DNA from: Macrostomum lignano
Taxonomy: Eukaryota
Direction of reading: 5' to 3'
Length of the DNA stretch: 64,000 nt
Assembly (NCBI GenBank): GCA_002269645.1
Contig: NIVC01002959.1
Coordinates: 64,512 to 128,511, forward strand
The notes below the pieces were generated by a model. The model was not told the origin of the DNA and ran no database searches. It saw only the letters and a program-made list of their open reading frames with translations. The translations under genes and the position numbers were made by a program. Of the stretch, positions 1 to 9,459 are shown in pieces. How positions within the stretch are numbered: the stretch's first letter is position 1; each line of letters opens with the position of its first letter.

Positions 1-1310
1 CGCTTCTCCTTCTGGCGCCGGTTGCAGAACCAGACGCGGACGACCTCCTTCTCGAGGCCGAGGGTGTCCGCCAGCTGCGTGATCTCCTGCGCCGCCGGCT
101 TCTGGTGCTGGCTGAAGTGGCTCTCCAGAGCGCCCTTCGTGCTCAGCTCGATGCTCGTCCGCTTCTTCCGCTTTCGGCCTTGGGCCGCGATTTTGTCCAG
201 ATTGGTTGGCGAACCGGTGGAACTGTCGGCCTCTTCAAGCCACTTGCTGAGCAGAGGCTTCAGCTTGCACATGTTCTTGAAGGACAGCTGCAGAGCCTCA
301 AAGCGGCAGATGGTGGTCTGGCTGAACACGTTGCCGTACAGGGTGCCGAGCGCCAGGCCAACGTCGGCCTGCGTATAGCCCAGCTTGATCCGGCGCTGTT
401 TGAACATCTTGGCGAACTGCTCGAGGTCGTCCGAGCTGGGGGCTTCTCCTGGCTCGGGCATCTCCGGCTGCTGCTGCTGCTGCTGCATCTGCGGCTGTCC
501 CGCTGCAGGGATATCTGGCATAGCTTGACCCATGAGATGCTGCTGCTGCTGCTGCTGTTGCTGTAGTTGATGATGGAGGCTGTGATGCTGCAGGTGCACT
601 GGTACAGAGTCCTGGTGCAGCTCCGGTGAAGACGCCATGGGCAGGCCGCCTTCAACACCGCGGTACCATCCGCTAGAGAGCATTGCAACATGCTGCTGCT
701 GCTGCTGCTGCTGCTGGCTCTGCAACTGCTGCGACTGATGCAGTCCCTGCTGATGCTCGTGATGCTGGAACGGCGACCAGTGCATCTGATGATGACTTGC
801 AAGCTGGTTGTTCCTGTAGTCTGATGCGCTACTGCTGCTGCTGTTGTTGCCGCTGTTGTTGTTGTTGCTGCAGGGCACCCCGTGAGCTGCCGCCGCAGCC
901 GCTGCCGCCGCCGCTGCCGCAGCCGCCGCCTGCTGTTGCATCTCAAAGTCGAGACTTGGAGAGTGCTTCTGACGCTGCTGCTGGTGTTGCTGGTGTTGTT
1001 GTTGCTGCTGCTGCTGCAGCACCGGCTGCATGGTGTGCCAGGATGACCAGGGATTATCGTAGTAGCCGCAGGTTGCCGCTGCTGCAGCGGCCGCGGCAGC
1101 TCCGGTGTTGTAGAAGCCCGCGCCACCAGCCTGAGGCGGCGCTGCTGAACCGCCCGTTGGTGTCAGCGGCATTGACGGATGCACCGGCGACTGCACGGTG
1201 GGGAACTGGGTCTTGTACATCGCGTACGGGTCCAGCGGCATCAGGCCGCCTCCGCCAGCGCCACCGCCGCCGCCTCCGCCGGCAACTCCGTGAGTGACGC
1301 TTGTGGCCAT
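1..1310 (-). CDS. POU3F: POU class III homeodomain transcription factor (Brn1/2/4, Oct6, vvl family), intronless, 3' end beyond window
   Basis: Manual translation of the minus frame (not in the ORF track because it has no stop inside the window). ATG at 1310-1308 (MATSVTHG...), in-frame upstream stop at 1352-1350, 436 open codons. Contains the POU-specific domain ([69 protein letters not shown]), the POU3-type linker [22 protein letters not shown] and a homeodomain ending [15 protein letters not shown]. The N-terminal half is rich in Q/A/G/H/N runs. Confidence 0.97.
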   Translation of the reverse strand, partial: MATSVTHGVAGGGGGGGAGGGGLMPLDPYAMYKTQFPTVQSPVHPSMPLTPTGGSAAPPQAGGAGFYNTGAAAAAAAAATCGYYDNPWSSWHTMQPVLQQQQQQQHQQHQQQRQKHSPSLDFEMQQQAAAAAAAAAAAAAAAHGVPCSNNNNSGNNSSSSSASDYRNNQLASHHQMHWSPFQHHEHQQGLHQSQQLQSQQQQQQQQHVAMLSSGWYRGVEGGLPMASSPELHQDSVPVHLQHHSLHHQLQQQQQQQQHLMGQAMPDIPAAGQPQMQQQQQQPEMPEPGEAPSSDDLEQFAKMFKQRRIKLGYTQADVGLALGTLYGNVFSQTTICRFEALQLSFKNMCKLKPLLSKWLEEADSSTGSPTNLDKIAAQGRKRKKRTSIELSTKGALESHFSQHQKPAAQEITQLADTLGLEKEVVRVWFCNRRQKEK

Positions 1311-2589
1311 CCGATTGAACGAGTTTGAGTCCTGCCTTTTATTGGTAGCTTATCTGACTTCACTCTATAACTGACTTAATTCGCTGGGGCTAGGAGAGGC
1401 TGAGTCCGATAGTAATAATAACCGAAATCTATTTGCAAATTATTTGCATAACTTAAATTAAGAAAACTGAGAACTGCCTCACTGGAGCTGACTTTGGCCT
1501 AAGCTGAATTGCGCTTAGCAAGAGGGGGGGAAATCAAAAATGCAAATTTAAAGCAGAAAGAGGCGGAGTGAGGCGGTCTGGCCAGGGGGCGCCCTGTCTG
1601 TAGGGGGAAGAGCGGGCGGCAGTGGATCGGGGAGTGGGTGGCGGCGAACTTCAAATTCAGACCCCTGAGCCCTGGTTGGCCCGGTCCGGATCCAATTCGA
1701 TAGTCAACTGTGGTCTCTGCCTCCGGCTTGAGGAGGGAAGAGCAGAGAGAACAGACAAGAGAGGGAGAGAGAGAGAAAGTGGTCCTCACGACCCAATAGA
1801 ATGGCCGCTGGGTCCGCTTGGACTCGCTGATTGGCTGTGGCGATGAGAAAGGGGAGGGGGCACGACTATCGGAGAAAATTTGAGGCCAAATTCTTTTTCT
1901 GCTTTTGCTTTCGCTGTTGCTTGCTTCCTTTTCTTCGGCCACACTTGAGCGATTTTCCACGGTGTAGGGGGGGGGCTTTAGTTGCGAAGGGGGTCGCGAG
2001 ACCCCCCCCCCTCCTCCGGCCGGGTGTCCTATTACAGCTCCGAGACAACGAACTCCGCTTATAGAAGTCAAGAAGGAATTGTTGTTCCGGCCTCTCTCAC
2101 TATTGCGCAGGTGTCTTCTTCTTTAACTGCTTTTTCTTTGCCTTTTTGCGGAGGTGTTGTTGTGTTTATATCGAGTTACAATCTCTCTCACCTGCGAGCG
2201 GCAAGGGGTTCTCAATCTCACTGCACCCCCTCGCTCGAGTCAATTCAATTTCTTTCAACCCGGCCTCTCTATATAAACAACTTGTTAATTAGATGCAAAT
2301 TTTAGTCAGACCCCACTGCACCAGGGGAGGTCAGATATTTATTATATAATTTCGTTGCAGAGTCCACAGTATGTGCTTTCCTATACAGCAAGGCAACTGG
2401 ACACTTAATTGTGAGACTTTCGCCTTTCTGGGGTCACCGGATCCGTTCGCCATATATGGGCTTTTCATTTCCGGCTGTGAAGCGGGAAACGGATACGAAA
2501 CAGACATTTTTGGGGGTTACATTTCATGATTTTTTGTGTTCTTTTTTTGCTCTCCTGCAGCATTGAGACTCCGCGGAGTGTGGTGATGG

Positions 2590-2770
2590 TGCAAGTGTCA
2601 CACCCCCCTGAGATAGACGTCTGTGACCCCCCTAGATCGCTGTGACCTCATCTTAAACCTTTGTGAACCCTCCTAGACCAGCACCGTGACCCCCTCATAG
2701 ACCTCTGTCTGTGACCCCCTAGACCTCTGTGATCCCCCTCCCAGGCTTGCGACCCAACCCATGTGACACT
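2590..2770. repeat. Degenerate short repeats (GTGACCCCCCTAGA-like)
   Basis: About 6 imperfect copies of tgtgacccc(c)ctaga/ctcata. Confidence 0.5.
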
Positions 2771-2916
2771 CATAATCTTCACCCGGCGCAGAGAGCCTGA
2801 GCAGTGAGTGAGCACACAACCAGCATCTTCCCTAAACCCTAACACCCCAGTTTCCTGAGCTGAATTCTAATCTGGCAAAGAGAGAGAAGTGACTGCAAAG
2901 GAAAAGCAAATTAATG

Positions 2917-3751
2917 TGTCATGAATGTGTTATGACAGTGTGCTCTTTGCTAAGTTGCTGCACCGGGCCAGTGGGCCGTCCTCTCCCCCTCCCCCCTCCT
3001 TAGATATTTTCTGACTCACCCACCTGCACTTCTGCGCGTGCGTACCCCTCCCCTCCCTGCCTAGACCTTTTCTGTTGAGTCAACCCCCCATGCTCTGCGT
3101 GCGACCCCCCCCCTGTGCGACCCCGCCCCATTATTTTGTTAGCTTTGCTGCCCCGCCCCTGTTTGTGATTGGCTGCCAGTCCCAGTCTGCCGTGCTGCGC
3201 CCCGGCGATTGGCTGGTACAGCTCATGCGTTGCCTTGGCTGATGTCTAAGCCCCCTTTTCTGCCTTTATCCCGCGCCCTCAACCCCCAGTTTGCTGCCTA
3301 TTTATTCAGAGCCCCGTGAGACCCCATTCTCGTTGTCTTCGTGGCTCCTCGGCGATTGTGCCAGCGTTGGTTGCGGAATTGCTATTCCTCGCCGAATTGC
3401 TAGACAAATATATAAGTAAAGAATATCGAGATCACCACTGCTCTGACGGCGCTGTTTCTTGTACGACTGAAATCGCGGCTGGTAAGCCTTCCAATTTGCA
3501 CGTCATTTGGGTCTGCATCTGTACTAGGCACCTTAGAGGGATTAACTGCGTCGTACGCCGGTCCCACCCCAAGCAGCTCTGCGTCGTACGCAAGTCGGTA
3601 GGCTGTCGTGCGTCGTACGCTCGAACAGCCTAGTCCCGACGGACACCGCGTCGTACGCGTGTCAGTGGAGGACCGTAGCCAGGGTCAGTACACGAACCCG
3701 AGTCTGGGAAAGGGGCACGAAAGGACCGAGCCCTTGAGCCCCATCATCACA
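2917..3751 (+). repeat. 5' LTR (835 bp)
   Basis: TGTCATGA...TCATCACA termini form an imperfect inverted repeat. Matches 10726-11559 apart from one extra C in the poly-C run at about 2991-2996 (compared by eye). Confidence 0.97.
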
Positions 3752-3754
3752 AAT

Positions 3755-3772
3755 TGGCATCCTTGGTGGGAC
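3755..3772 (+). promoter_or_regulatory. Primer-binding site (tRNA identity not assigned)
   Basis: TGGCATCCTTGGTGGGAC starts 3 nt after the LTR end; the leading TGG is complementary to the tRNA CCA end. Confidence 0.8.
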
Positions 3773-3859
3773 CCTGCGCTGTGGAAGACTAAGTAAGGAA
3801 GAAAGCTCGAGGCGCGGAATATTGTGAGAAATTAAGGTTAGAAACTGTGACGCCGTGGT

Positions 3860-4984
3860 ATGGATGCTGGAGGTGCTGCTGGAGGTGCGGCTGGAGGTGC
3901 GGCTGGAGGTGCTGCTGGAGGTGCTGCCGGAGGTGCGGCTGGAGGTGCGGCTGGAGGTGCTGCTGGAGGTGCGGCTGGAGGTGCGGCTGAAGGTGCGGCT
4001 GGAGGTGCTGCTGGAGCCTTTGGTGTTAATGATCTGGTCGCCGCCTTGACTGCCCAGATTCAGCAGAACATGCAGCAAGCGGGTGCCCTCAGGATTCAGA
4101 GGCCGGTGAAGTATGCTCCAGGAATGAATTTCGTGAAGTGGTTGAGGCTCTTCGTAGCTTATTGCGATGCCATGCAGATTCCGATGCAGAATCGGCGCGC
4201 TCAGTTGCTCAGCAACCTAGACTTCAGCACCTTCCAAGTTGTTGACAACATGAACCTTGATGACGACCTGCAGTTCGAAGAATTTACCCAGGCCTTGAGG
4301 GATAGGTTCACTATGCACCGTACCGTCGTCGACTACCGCACAGAACTGAGCAATAGAGAGCAGAGCGAGAAGGAGTCGGTAGAAGATTTCTCTGAAGCTG
4401 TGATTGAGTTGGTCGCAAACGCCTTTCCTGATGCGCCTGCCGATGTGCGCGATGATCTTGCGAAAGAGCGATTTATGCGAGGCGTCCGTGCGGGGGTGGC
4501 TGTGCGTGAGCGACTGTACATGAGCCAGCCGGATACGTTAGCGGACGCAATGCGTCTGGTGCATCAGCTGGAAGCGGCGGTTAGGGCAAGTCATGGTCCA
4601 CCAGGTCAGGTATCGAAAAGAGCCGTTTGCGCTGTCACGACCGAAACCCGAAAGGAGGCTTCCGAAAGCAGTGAGGTCGAGATGCTTCGAAAACAGCTGG
4701 CGGCCATGGAGATGCGAATGAAAGAGATGGAGGAGCGGAGGTCTGAAGAAGCGGCAGAGCCGACCCCGGCGAGTCGGAAGGCTGTGCAGTGTTTTTCGTG
4801 TCGAGAGTGGGGCCATATCTCATCAAAGTGTCCGAAGAAGACCAGTCAGAAGAGTGAAAACGGGAAATCGCCAGTACGATGTCACAAGTGCAACGGTGAA
4901 GGCCACCTATCCTTCAAGTGTCCGAAGTCGGGAAACGGGCCGAGGGGACCGACCGGGGAGAGTCGGGACCCTGCCAGGAAGTGA
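3860..4984 (+). CDS. gag: Gag (N-terminal Gly-Ala repeat, capsid-like region, two CCHC zinc knuckles)
   Basis: 374-aa ORF. Retrotransposon-gag-like core (Q...ESVEDF...LV..AFP...RFMRG). Knuckles CFSCREWGHISSKC and CHKCNGEGHLSFKC. Confidence 0.95.
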   Translation: MDAGGAAGGAAGGAAGGAAGGAAGGAAGGAAGGAAGGAAGGAAEGAAGGAAGAFGVNDLVAALTAQIQQNMQQAGALRIQRPVKYAPGMNFVKWLRLFVAYCDAMQIPMQNRRAQLLSNLDFSTFQVVDNMNLDDDLQFEEFTQALRDRFTMHRTVVDYRTELSNREQSEKESVEDFSEAVIELVANAFPDAPADVRDDLAKERFMRGVRAGVAVRERLYMSQPDTLADAMRLVHQLEAAVRASHGPPGQVSKRAVCAVTTETRKEASESSEVEMLRKQLAAMEMRMKEMEERRSEEAAEPTPASRKAVQCFSCREWGHISSKCPKKTSQKSENGKSPVRCHKCNGEGHLSFKCPKSGNGPRGPTGESRDPARK

Positions 4985-7900
4985 AGTCTCCCAGGAGCGA
5001 GGAACCGGGGTTGGGCACTAACTCTGTAAATAAATCCAAGTGCGTCTCTGGTGATGGGAATTTAAAGAGCAACCTGGTTCAAGAGGGGTTCGTCGGTATC
5101 AACGGAGCCCTTGACAGTTTTATTTCCGGTGCGGTTTCCGGCAAGCCAGTGGCTCTGCTGTTAGACAGTGGTGCGAGTGTGTCAGTGCTGAGCTGTGATG
5201 TTTTCCTGAGGCTGCCGCAAGAAGTGAGAGAGAGACTGACGATGATGGACGGGGCCCTTTCAACGGCCAATGGAGGTGCGATGAGGATGAGAGGCTGTAT
5301 TGTGCTGGACGTGGAGATTGGCGGCGAGCGGTGGTCAGCGAATTTCTTTGTAGTGGACGGATTGCGCTATGACGTCATTCTCGGGTCCGAATTTTTCAAA
5401 CAGCATCGTTGCGTCATCAACTATTCAGAGTTTGTCTTTCGAGTGGGCGATGTTAGAGTTCCGATACGGCAGAAAGGCGAGCTGCCCGTGGTGTGTCGAA
5501 TCAAAGCCGAGACAACGGTATTCCTGGAACCGGCGCAAGAAGTGATCATGCCAGCCAGGGTAGAGAAAAAGGGCGCAAGAAACTGCGGATCTGTCGGCAT
5601 AACGGAAGAAAAGTCAGTGAAGGCCTCTGAGAAGGATTTGGCGCTGGCTCGAGCTCTGGTAGCGCCCGGCGTGGATGGACGGCTGCCGATGAGATTGCTG
5701 AATACGTCCAGTTGTAGGAAGAGGGTCAAGAAAGGAGAGACGATTGGCTGGTTTATTCCTTTGGAACCGAACGGAGGTATCAACGTGGTGCGCTTGGACG
5801 ACGACGTAGAGGCCAAGAATGAAGCGGAGGCATGGGACCCGATCGAAGAATTCCGCGAGTGGGGTTCGTGTGGCCTGTCGGAGGAGGAGGAAGCCGACTT
5901 CAGGGAGCTGATTTCCCAACATCGGGCTGTCTTTGCTAAGGACTCCAAGGATCTCGGCTGTACGACGGTGATGAAGCACGAGATCGACACTGGAGATGCC
6001 AGGCCTGTGAAAGAAGCGGCGAGGCGGATTCCCCCGTACCTGCGGCAGGAAGTGGACGAGGAGTTGGATGACTTGCTGGAAGCTGGGAGAATCAGCGAGG
6101 TCCAGTCCCCATGGTGCTCTCCGGTGGTGTGCGTGAAAAAGAAGGACGGTTCCCTGAGGTTCTGTTGTGACTACCGGAAACTGAATGAAGTGACCAAGAA
6201 GGATGCAGTGCCGTTGCCCAGGACAGATGACCTGTTGGAGAGCCTAGGCGGTGCCAAGATTTTTTCGACCATGGACATGCAGTCGGGATACTGGCAGATG
6301 GCGGTGGAACCCAGCGACAGACTAAAGACGGCCTTTGGCGTTTCACACCGGGTACAGCAGTACGCCTGGAACGTTATGCCATTTGGATTGACAAATGCAC
6401 CGGCTTCATTCAGCCGGCTAATGAATGTGGTGTTGGGGAAGTTGTGCTGGAAGACGTGTTTGGTGTATCTGGACGACCTGCTAGTGTGGTCACGAACGGT
6501 GGAAGAGCACCTGGAACGGTTGCAAACGGTTTTTCGACGGTTGCGAGCAGCGAACATCAAACTGAAGCCGAAGAAGTGCGCATTCCTGCTGAAGTCAGTG
6601 ACCTTCCTGGGACACGTAGTGTCAGCTGATGGGATCGCCACGAGTCCAGAAAAGATTGCCGAAATTCGTGACTGGCCAACTCCGAGGAATGTGAAGGAAG
6701 TAAGGTCATTCCTGGGACTGTGCGGGTATTACCGGCAATTCATCGCAGATTTTTCCCGCATTGCTGAGCCGATGCTGCGACGGACCCGACATGATTGCCC
6801 GTGGAGCTGGGATGAGGAGTGTCAAGCCGCATTCGAGGCCCTGAAGGAAAGGTTGCAGGGATCTGAGGTCATGGCGTTTCCAAACTTTGCGGAGGACGCT
6901 GGAGAATTCGTTTTAGACACAGACGGTAGCACAAAAGAAGGAATTGGCGCTGTGCTTTCGCAGGTGCAGAAAGATGGGAGTGAGAAGGTAATAGCTTACG
7001 GAAGCAGGACGTTGTCGCGAGAAGAACGGAATTACTGCACGACACGAGTCGAGTTGCTGGCCGTGGTGTTTTTCGTACAGAAGTTTCGTTATTACCTGAT
7101 GGGGCGAGAGTTTCTAGTGCGCACCGATCACAGCAGCTTGAAGTGGCTGCATTCGCTGCGGGACGTAGAAGGACAACTGGCCAGATGGCTGGAACTCTTG
7201 GCTCCGTACAGGTATCGCATCGAACATCGTCCGGGAGTGAAACATCAACACGCGGACGCTCTCTCCAGGAAGCCACGTCGGCGCCATCAAGGAAGCGAGA
7301 GTTGTCCTGGATGTGCACAAGAGCAGATCGGCGTGAACGCGTTGGGATTGCAGAAGTGGACCTCGGAGGAGATCAGAGAGAGCCAGAAGATGGACAGCGA
7401 CATTCGTCAGGCGATGGAGCTGCTGGCTCACGGCGACGGAGAGATAACCGAAGAGCATTTGCGGCGCATATCACCGACGGCAAGGAGGATTGTCGAAAGA
7501 CGTCGTGACCTTGAGGTGTCGGACAGTGAGGTGTTGCTGTGTCATACGGCCAGTAGACGTCAGCCGCAAGTGGTGTTGCCACGGAATATGCTGAGAGCGG
7601 TGCTGGAAGAAGCTCATGGTGGACGGAGTGGAGGGCACGTTGGGATTTTCAAGACCAAGGAGAAGGTGCGGCAATCGTTTTGGAGGCCGGGACTTGGCCG
7701 CGAGGTCGAAGAGCACGTAAAAGCCTGTTTGGACTGCACCAAGGCCAAAGCTGGCAAGAAACCAATTGCACCGATGGAGCCGATTCCGAGTTCAAGCCCA
7801 TTCGATATCGTGATGACGGACGTCATCGGGCCGCTGCCACGGAGCAAGAAAGGAAACTTCTACATCCTCACGGTGCAAGATGCGTTCTCAAAGTGGCCTG

Positions 7901-8430
7901 ACGCTTATGCCATCCGGAACCAGAAGGCGGCAACGATCGCAAGGGTGCTATTCGAACGCTGGATTGCCAATCACGGGTGCCCCCGGGTACTTCACTCAGA
8001 CCAAGGAAGGAACTTTGAGTCGGGGATCGTCAGGAAGCTGTGCGAGCTGTTGGGTGTGAAGAAGACCAGGACGAGCGCCTACCACCCGAGTGGCAACGGA
8101 CAGGTGGAACGATTTAATGGGTTCCTGAAGAACAGTTTGCGCTCGTATCTGGTACAGAAGGGTCAGAACGCCTGGGAGGAGTACCTGCCAAGTGCATTGA
8201 TGGCTTATCGATCGACGGTCCAGGCGTCCACCGGTTACACGCCCTACTACATGCTGCATGGTCAGGAGATGCCACTGGGATTCGAACCAGAAGACCTTAG
8301 GCGAAAGACGGACAGCTATCCCTTGTTTGTGCAAGAGATTCAGCAGAACCTGCTTCATGCCCATGAACACGTTCGAGAAGGGCGCGAGACGGTTCAGCGA
8401 CGCCAGAAAATGAATACGATCGGAAAGTGA
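4918..8430 (+). CDS. pol: Pol polyprotein (aspartic protease, reverse transcriptase, RNase H, integrase)
   Basis: LLDSGASVS protease motif; RT with QYAWNVMPFGLTNAPASF and VYLDDLL; RNase H LDTDGS...ELLAVV...VRTDH; integrase zinc-binding H-H-C-C (AHGG...GH...CLDC) and D,D(35)E core (TDVIGP...HSDQGRNF...VERFN). Confidence 0.97.
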   Translation: MSEVGKRAEGTDRGESGPCQEVKSPRSEEPGLGTNSVNKSKCVSGDGNLKSNLVQEGFVGINGALDSFISGAVSGKPVALLLDSGASVSVLSCDVFLRLPQEVRERLTMMDGALSTANGGAMRMRGCIVLDVEIGGERWSANFFVVDGLRYDVILGSEFFKQHRCVINYSEFVFRVGDVRVPIRQKGELPVVCRIKAETTVFLEPAQEVIMPARVEKKGARNCGSVGITEEKSVKASEKDLALARALVAPGVDGRLPMRLLNTSSCRKRVKKGETIGWFIPLEPNGGINVVRLDDDVEAKNEAEAWDPIEEFREWGSCGLSEEEEADFRELISQHRAVFAKDSKDLGCTTVMKHEIDTGDARPVKEAARRIPPYLRQEVDEELDDLLEAGRISEVQSPWCSPVVCVKKKDGSLRFCCDYRKLNEVTKKDAVPLPRTDDLLESLGGAKIFSTMDMQSGYWQMAVEPSDRLKTAFGVSHRVQQYAWNVMPFGLTNAPASFSRLMNVVLGKLCWKTCLVYLDDLLVWSRTVEEHLERLQTVFRRLRAANIKLKPKKCAFLLKSVTFLGHVVSADGIATSPEKIAEIRDWPTPRNVKEVRSFLGLCGYYRQFIADFSRIAEPMLRRTRHDCPWSWDEECQAAFEALKERLQGSEVMAFPNFAEDAGEFVLDTDGSTKEGIGAVLSQVQKDGSEKVIAYGSRTLSREERNYCTTRVELLAVVFFVQKFRYYLMGREFLVRTDHSSLKWLHSLRDVEGQLARWLELLAPYRYRIEHRPGVKHQHADALSRKPRRRHQGSESCPGCAQEQIGVNALGLQKWTSEEIRESQKMDSDIRQAMELLAHGDGEITEEHLRRISPTARRIVERRRDLEVSDSEVLLCHTASRRQPQVVLPRNMLRAVLEEAHGGRSGGHVGIFKTKEKVRQSFWRPGLGREVEEHVKACLDCTKAKAGKKPIAPMEPIPSSSPFDIVMTDVIGPLPRSKKGNFYILTVQDAFSKWPDAYAIRNQKAATIARVLFERWIANHGCPRVLHSDQGRNFESGIVRKLCELLGVKKTRTSAYHPSGNGQVERFNGFLKNSLRSYLVQKGQNAWEEYLPSALMAYRSTVQASTGYTPYYMLHGQEMPLGFEPEDLRRKTDSYPLFVQEIQQNLLHAHEHVREGRETVQRRQKMNTIGK
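4930..4936 (+). promoter_or_regulatory. -1 ribosomal frameshift slippery heptamer G GGA AAC
   Basis: X XXY YYZ heptamer in the gag frame within the gag/pol overlap; pol is in the -1 frame; GC-rich stem candidate downstream (ccgac 4949-4953 / gtcgg 4962-4966). Confidence 0.75.
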
Positions 8431-9066
8431 AGGGCAAGGCGATTCAGAAGGGCGACTCTGTCTTGCTGTACTATCCGTGCTTGGAGATGGGAGAGAAAAG
8501 CAAATTCCATATCAACTGGCGCAGTGAAGAGAAGCTGTCAGATGCGTGGTGCACTTCAACAATCTCCGGCCGGTTCAGGTTCAGACGGAGGCGGCAGACG
8601 GTCAAGAGACAAGAGAGGAAATTGGGAGGGCCAGTTCGAGAAAAACCAGACCGCGACGCGGTAACTCCGCTGCTGGACGAAGCCGAAGGCAGAGAGTGCA
8701 ACGGGGCGAGACCCAGAGGTGGACCGCAGCGCGAGGGCCGCAGGACCCGGAATCCGAGCAGGAAGATGAAGAGTTTGAAGATCTTCAGCTGCGGTTTCAA
8801 GATCCAAGAGATCACGCTCCGCCGGACACCCGAAATCTGGCCGAGACCGTGAGCCCGGACCTGAGCGTCCAGAAGCAGACGATGACGAAGAAGAGCACTT
8901 TGATGAGGCGCGGTACGACGAGGAGCAAAACGAAGAGGATGAGGCAGAGCCGAACGACGCCAACGTACCCGAGCAGGAAGTGAGGACGGCACAGGAGGAA
9001 GCAGGGCGACCAAGACGTCTGCGGCGACCGCCAGATCGGTTTGGGGTCCCGGTGTACCACTACTGA
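8411..9066 (+). pseudogene. Frameshifted integrase C-terminal region plus acidic tail
   Basis: Continues across three successive -1 shifts: (N)EYDRKVKGKAIQKGDSVLLYYP...KFHINW, then VVHFNNLRP, then the acidic stretch EADDDEEEHFDEARYDEEQ...RPRRLRRPPDRFGVPVYHY* (stop 9064-9066). The expected GPY segment appears deleted. Confidence 0.75.
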
Positions 9067-9165
9067 AGAAGGGTCCGGTGTACGGCGCTTGGATAGCCAA
9101 GGGGGAAGGGAGGTTCATGTCGTGCGTGTCTCATTGCTCATCGGAGTTAGGCCGGACTGTTACAG

Positions 9166-9459
9166 ATGGCGGACCTCTACGAGTGTCTTGGAGTGCAGCT
9201 GTGGGCGTCTGCGGCACAGATTCGGAAAGCGTTCTACGGTCGAGCACGCGAACTGCACCCTGACAAGAGCGCAACAGAGGAGACGCGGAAGAGATTCCAG
9301 GAGTGCGAAGAGGCGTACCGAATACTGTCGTGTCCGTTCCTTAGAAAGCTGTACGATATCTTTGGAAATGCTGTTCGTGACCGGGATGAGATGCTTCGGC
9401 TCGCAGAAGGAATGTTAGAGGATGACGACATGCCCGAAGAGATCTCCGAGAAGAGATAG
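9166..9459 (+). CDS. ORF3 N-part: J (DnaJ/Hsp40) domain
   Basis: DLYECLGVQLWASAAQIRKAFYGRARELHPDKS...RFQECEEAYRILSCPFLRKLYDIFG is a complete J-domain pattern with HPD intact (9256-9264). First ATG after an in-frame stop at 9148-9150. Confidence 0.93.
   Translation: MADLYECLGVQLWASAAQIRKAFYGRARELHPDKSATEETRKRFQECEEAYRILSCPFLRKLYDIFGNAVRDRDEMLRLAEGMLEDDDMPEEISEKR

Noticed and set aside
260-1126. 288-aa minus ORF and overlapping plus ORFs (22-378, 105-566, 683-1297)
   Set aside because: Alternative-frame and antisense shadows of the POU3 CDS; the real frame is missing from the ORF track because it runs off the window.
1499-2071. 190-aa minus ORF upstream of POU3
   Set aside because: Low-complexity promoter/UTR-type sequence with no homology pattern and separated from the POU3 frame by stops.
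3316-3633. 105-aa ORF duplicated at 11124-11441
   Set aside because: Lies within the LTRs; duplication is explained by the LTR and there is no recognisable domain.
3548-3658. Repeat-spacer pattern as a CRISPR array
   Set aside because: Repeats are only 11 bp, lie inside a eukaryotic LTR, and there are no cas genes.
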